From Mayamaea pseudoterrestris (lineage: Eukaryota): a stretch of DNA of 47,980 bases. The position numbers and the translations under genes were made by a program. The stretch lies in NCBI GenBank assembly GCA_027923505.1, contig BROI01000002.1:2728001-2775980 (forward strand), given 5' to 3'. The notes under the pieces were generated by a model. The model was not told where the DNA came from and did not search any database. It worked only from the letters and a program-made list of their open reading frames with translations. Numbering within the stretch: position 1 is the first letter of the stretch; each line of letters begins with the position of its first letter. Below are positions 44,677 through 47,980 of the stretch, one piece after another.

Positions 44677-47600
44677 ATGTCTTCGACGAGCAATACTCCG
44701 ACGACAGGAGCGGCGTCGAGCGGTGGAGGTGCACCTCCCGCTCCGCCAGCAAGCGAAGGAAACCGACGCAACCGTCATTATCGTCGTGGGAATCGTGCTG
44801 GGAATCGTTCCGGGAATCAAGGCAATGGTAACAGACTCAACGGACCGAGTCGTGCGCCGAGTGGAAATTTCCAAGGAAGCGAGCCGACGCTCGCTGGATT
44901 CATCTACGACTATAACGGTTCGCGCGATCCCGATGGATTCATCCGTACGACGAACGAGATCATCACTTTCGTCGGGCGCTCCTACAAGAAATATACCAAG
45001 GAGCTGCTCAAGGGCATGCGCAACGTGGAACTGGAGATTCCTGACGAGCCTGCACGTCCAACGAAGGATGCCGACACGACGGACTCGGACTGGTCCATAA
45101 TGCTCGAGGAATACAAGGCCGACAAGAAAGAGCATGTCGAGCGCGTGCGTGTATACTCCGACTTCCTCGCTGGTCTCTACGCCGTGTTGCATGGACAATG
45201 CACGGAGCGTATGAAGGATCGTGTCAAGTCGCACGCCAAGTTCCGAGACGCCGAGGAGGACACGGACGGAATTAAGTTGCTGGCGATTATCAAGGAGATC
45301 TCGCATACGTACGAAGGGCGCTGCAAACTTGTGGATCAAGTCGTGGACATTCAAGCTGAGTTGTTCGGACGTACTCAAGGAGCGCGCGAAAGCCTGCAGA
45401 AATATTACGAAAGCATGGTCACGCTGGCAGACGTGGCGAAGGCGGTTGGCGTCACGATGCACAACGAGATTGTGGCGTTGGAACATTGCCAAGGATGACA
45501 ATCGTAACAAGGCGAACAAGGAGGATATCAAGGCCGCCGAAGAGCTCGAGCTTGCGATGCTTTTCGTGCGTGGCGCAACGGGCGAATACGCCTGGTATTG
45601 CAAGCACTTGCGCAACTGCTACCTCGACGGGCACGACAACTTCCCGTTGACGATCCACGATGCATACAACATCATGCAGCGTCGTGAGCATGCGGATGGA
45701 GAAGCCACGTTGCCAACGAACGAGGGCGTGGCGTTTCACACGACTGGTACAGCGCGTGACCCTCCCAGATGCTGGACCCGTCAACAGGTTGGTCATGTGC
45801 AGCGAGACTGTCCTACGAGAACGGAGTCTACGGAGAGTGCGCCGGCTGCAGAGGCTAGTGGGGCGCAGCACTTCACGCTGGGTAGCGAGGAAGAAAGCGA
45901 TGACGACGATGAGGTCGGATACATGTTCGCGCAGCCGCCGAAGGTGAACATCTCGAAGAAGGCTGTGCTCTTGGACAATCAGTCGACAGTGGATCTGTTC
46001 TGCAACGCCAAGATGCTGACGAACATTCGCCCGGTGCCAACGTGGATGGTGATCAAGTGCAACGCTGGTACAGTAAGGACGAACATGATGGGCGACCTGG
46101 AGGGCTATGGTCCGGTGTGGTGGTATCCGCAGGGACTGGCGAACATTTTGAGTTTGGCGCAAGTCCGCAAGAAGTTTACCGTGGAGTATCTCATGCACGG
46201 CGTGGATCGTCCAATGTTCGTTGTGGAGAAGCCGGATGGTAAGCAGCGAGAGTTTGTCGAGACTGACTCTGGGCTGTATGTTTGCGAGAGCTTTTCGAAG
46301 GGCAAGCGCAGCGATGTCAAGGATGGAGTGGCGATGTTGACTACGGTAGACGATAACCGTACTAACTACACCAATGATGACTATTTACGCGCTGTTAGAG
46401 CTAGGAACTGCAAATCAAAATTGGACGGCCAAGCCTCAAGGATTATCTGCGCATTGTTAGTAGCAATCAGTTGCGGAACTGTCCTGTGACGAAGGCCGAC
46501 ATCCTGGCTGCTGAGCACATCTTTGGACCAGATGTTGGCTCGTTGAAGGAAAGACGACGCGTCGCGCGTCGCATCTGGTGAAGCCTGCGATTGTTGAGCA
46601 GCTTCCACCGGCTATCATGAGTCGCTATCGAGACGTTACTCTTTGTGCTGACATCATGTATATCAACAAAGTCCCTATGTTGGTGACGTTCTCCCGCAGC
46701 ATTCGTTTTGCTACGGTTGAGGTGATTCAAAACCGTACGCTTCCGGTTATGTTGAAGGCAATCGAGTCTGTGTTGAAGATTTACGCACGCGGTGGGTTCC
46801 GTGTCGTCGCGGCTCTGATGGATGGGGAGTTCGCTCCAATGCTTGGCGCGTTGGCTGATCTCGGAGTGGCGCTCAATGCGACATCTGAGGATGAACACGT
46901 TGGCGAAATTGAACGTTTTATCCGTGTCGTGAAAGAACGGGTGCGCGCGACATACAACACGTTGCCATTTAAGCACGTGCCGGCACGCTTGGTTATCGAA
47001 ATGACGAAGTCTGCCGTGTTTTGTTGAATGCGTTTCCGAACGAGCGTGGCATTTCGAAGGATCTCAGTCCACGCACTATTGTGACTGGTCAGACAGTTGA
47101 CTTTAATCGGCATTGCAAGTATGAATTTGGTCAGTATGTGCAAACGCATGAGTCGCACAGCAATGACATGCAGGCGCGCACGATCGGTGCGCTGGCTCTG
47201 CGCCCGACTGGTAATGTGCAGGGTGGGTTTTATTTCCTCAGTTTGTCTTCGGGCAAAGTTCTGAATCGTGGGCACGCTACGCCTTTGCCCATGCCTGATG
47301 ATGTCATTGAGCGCGTGCATCGTCTCGCTCGTCAACAGAAGGCCAATCCGGCATCGTGTTATGGACCGCCACCGTGTTGCGGAGGCTGCTGAGCCAGTCA
47401 TGTGGCACGAAGATGACGCCGAGGATGATGATGACTCTGATTATGATGACGACGCTTCTCGCGGTGACGACGACTCTGCCGGCGGAAGCGAAGGAGTGAA
47501 TGCGACCGATGACGACGACGACGACGACGATGGTGCTGACGGCGCAATCGAAGGAGTGCTGAACTACGAGTATGGTGAGGCCATTGACGGCGAACGACGA

Positions 47601-47980
47601 CGCGCCAGCCGGGATGATGGCGAAATTCGAAGGAGTGCCCGATGAAGGCGAATTGAAGGAGTGCCAGCCGGCAGACGAAGAGGATTTCGATGCGCGTATG
47701 GCCCACGCTGGTCGGTATGGCCTGCGTGCGCGCAAACCTCGTCGTTCGCTCATTTGTTCAGCTCGACGTGCAGAGGAAGTGTCGGAGCCACTCGTCACGG
47801 CACAGAGAATATGCGACAAGGTTTAAAGGCTTTTGGCGATGCTGGAGGGAGGCAGTGCGCAAGGAATGCAGCAGCACACACAGGCACGTCGCGAAGGAGC
47901 CCAATCACTTGATCGAGCAGCGCAAGGATGCATTGATGTTTCGAGAGATGCGGACTGTGAAGGGACGCGGGCGGATGGAC
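44677..47980 (+). pseudogene. Gag-Pol of element B, broken by several frameshifts/stops (decay or consensus error)
   Basis: Consecutive ORF pieces 44677-45498, to 46489, 46578-47027 and 47021-47392 carry collinear gag, CCHC-like (CWTRQQVGHVQRDC), protease and integrase motifs. Confidence 0.85.

Larger units (their letters stand above)
44295..47980 (+). mobile_element. Ty1/copia (CoDi-like) LTR retrotransposon B, 5' part, truncated by window end
   Basis: Putative LTR followed by gag, zinc knuckle, protease (LLDNQSTVDLF), integrase (CADIMY, MDGEF, HVGEIER) and the degraded start of RT. Confidence 0.92.

Noticed and set aside
45470..45500. Programmed ribosomal frameshift in element B gag
   Set aside because: The shift falls inside gag before the zinc knuckle, lacks a slippery heptamer, and is one of many indels in this element.
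44638..47819. Long minus-strand ORFs (325, 248, 206, 171 aa) over element B
   Set aside because: Antisense shadows of GC-rich gag-pol codons; no independent protein features.

Overview
Compact, intron-containing eukaryotic DNA, most consistent with a pennate diatom (short GT-AG introns, bipartite plastid-targeting presequences, CoDi-like Ty1/copia elements). The left end (1-9435) is a head-to-tail tandem of a minus-strand copia LTR retrotransposon with a 6710-bp period and a chromodomain-like module. It abuts a ~45-bp satellite with higher-order structure (9431-10289). The middle (10.6-43.6 kb) holds about 19 host genes: MsrB-like, PH-like, PlsC acyltransferase, RPE, ABCE1/RLI1 (with a candidate intronic C/D snoRNA), a FAH-GSTZ fusion, NOP9, a type I PRMT, a RING+TPR protein, an HPAT/SGT-like glycosyltransferase, a ferredoxin-domain protein, SSB, NF-YC and several hypotheticals, including two adjacent small plastid-type proteins that share a C-terminal motif. 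The right end (44295-47980) is a second, different, frameshifted copia element. Most notable: neither copia element has a TGG-type tRNA primer-binding site. Instead, the bases right after the 5' LTR are complementary to a segment inside the element's own LTR (a perfect 15-bp match in the right-hand element), which suggests Tf1-like, tRNA-independent self-priming in Ty1/copia elements. All family assignments come from motif recognition by eye; no database searches were run.
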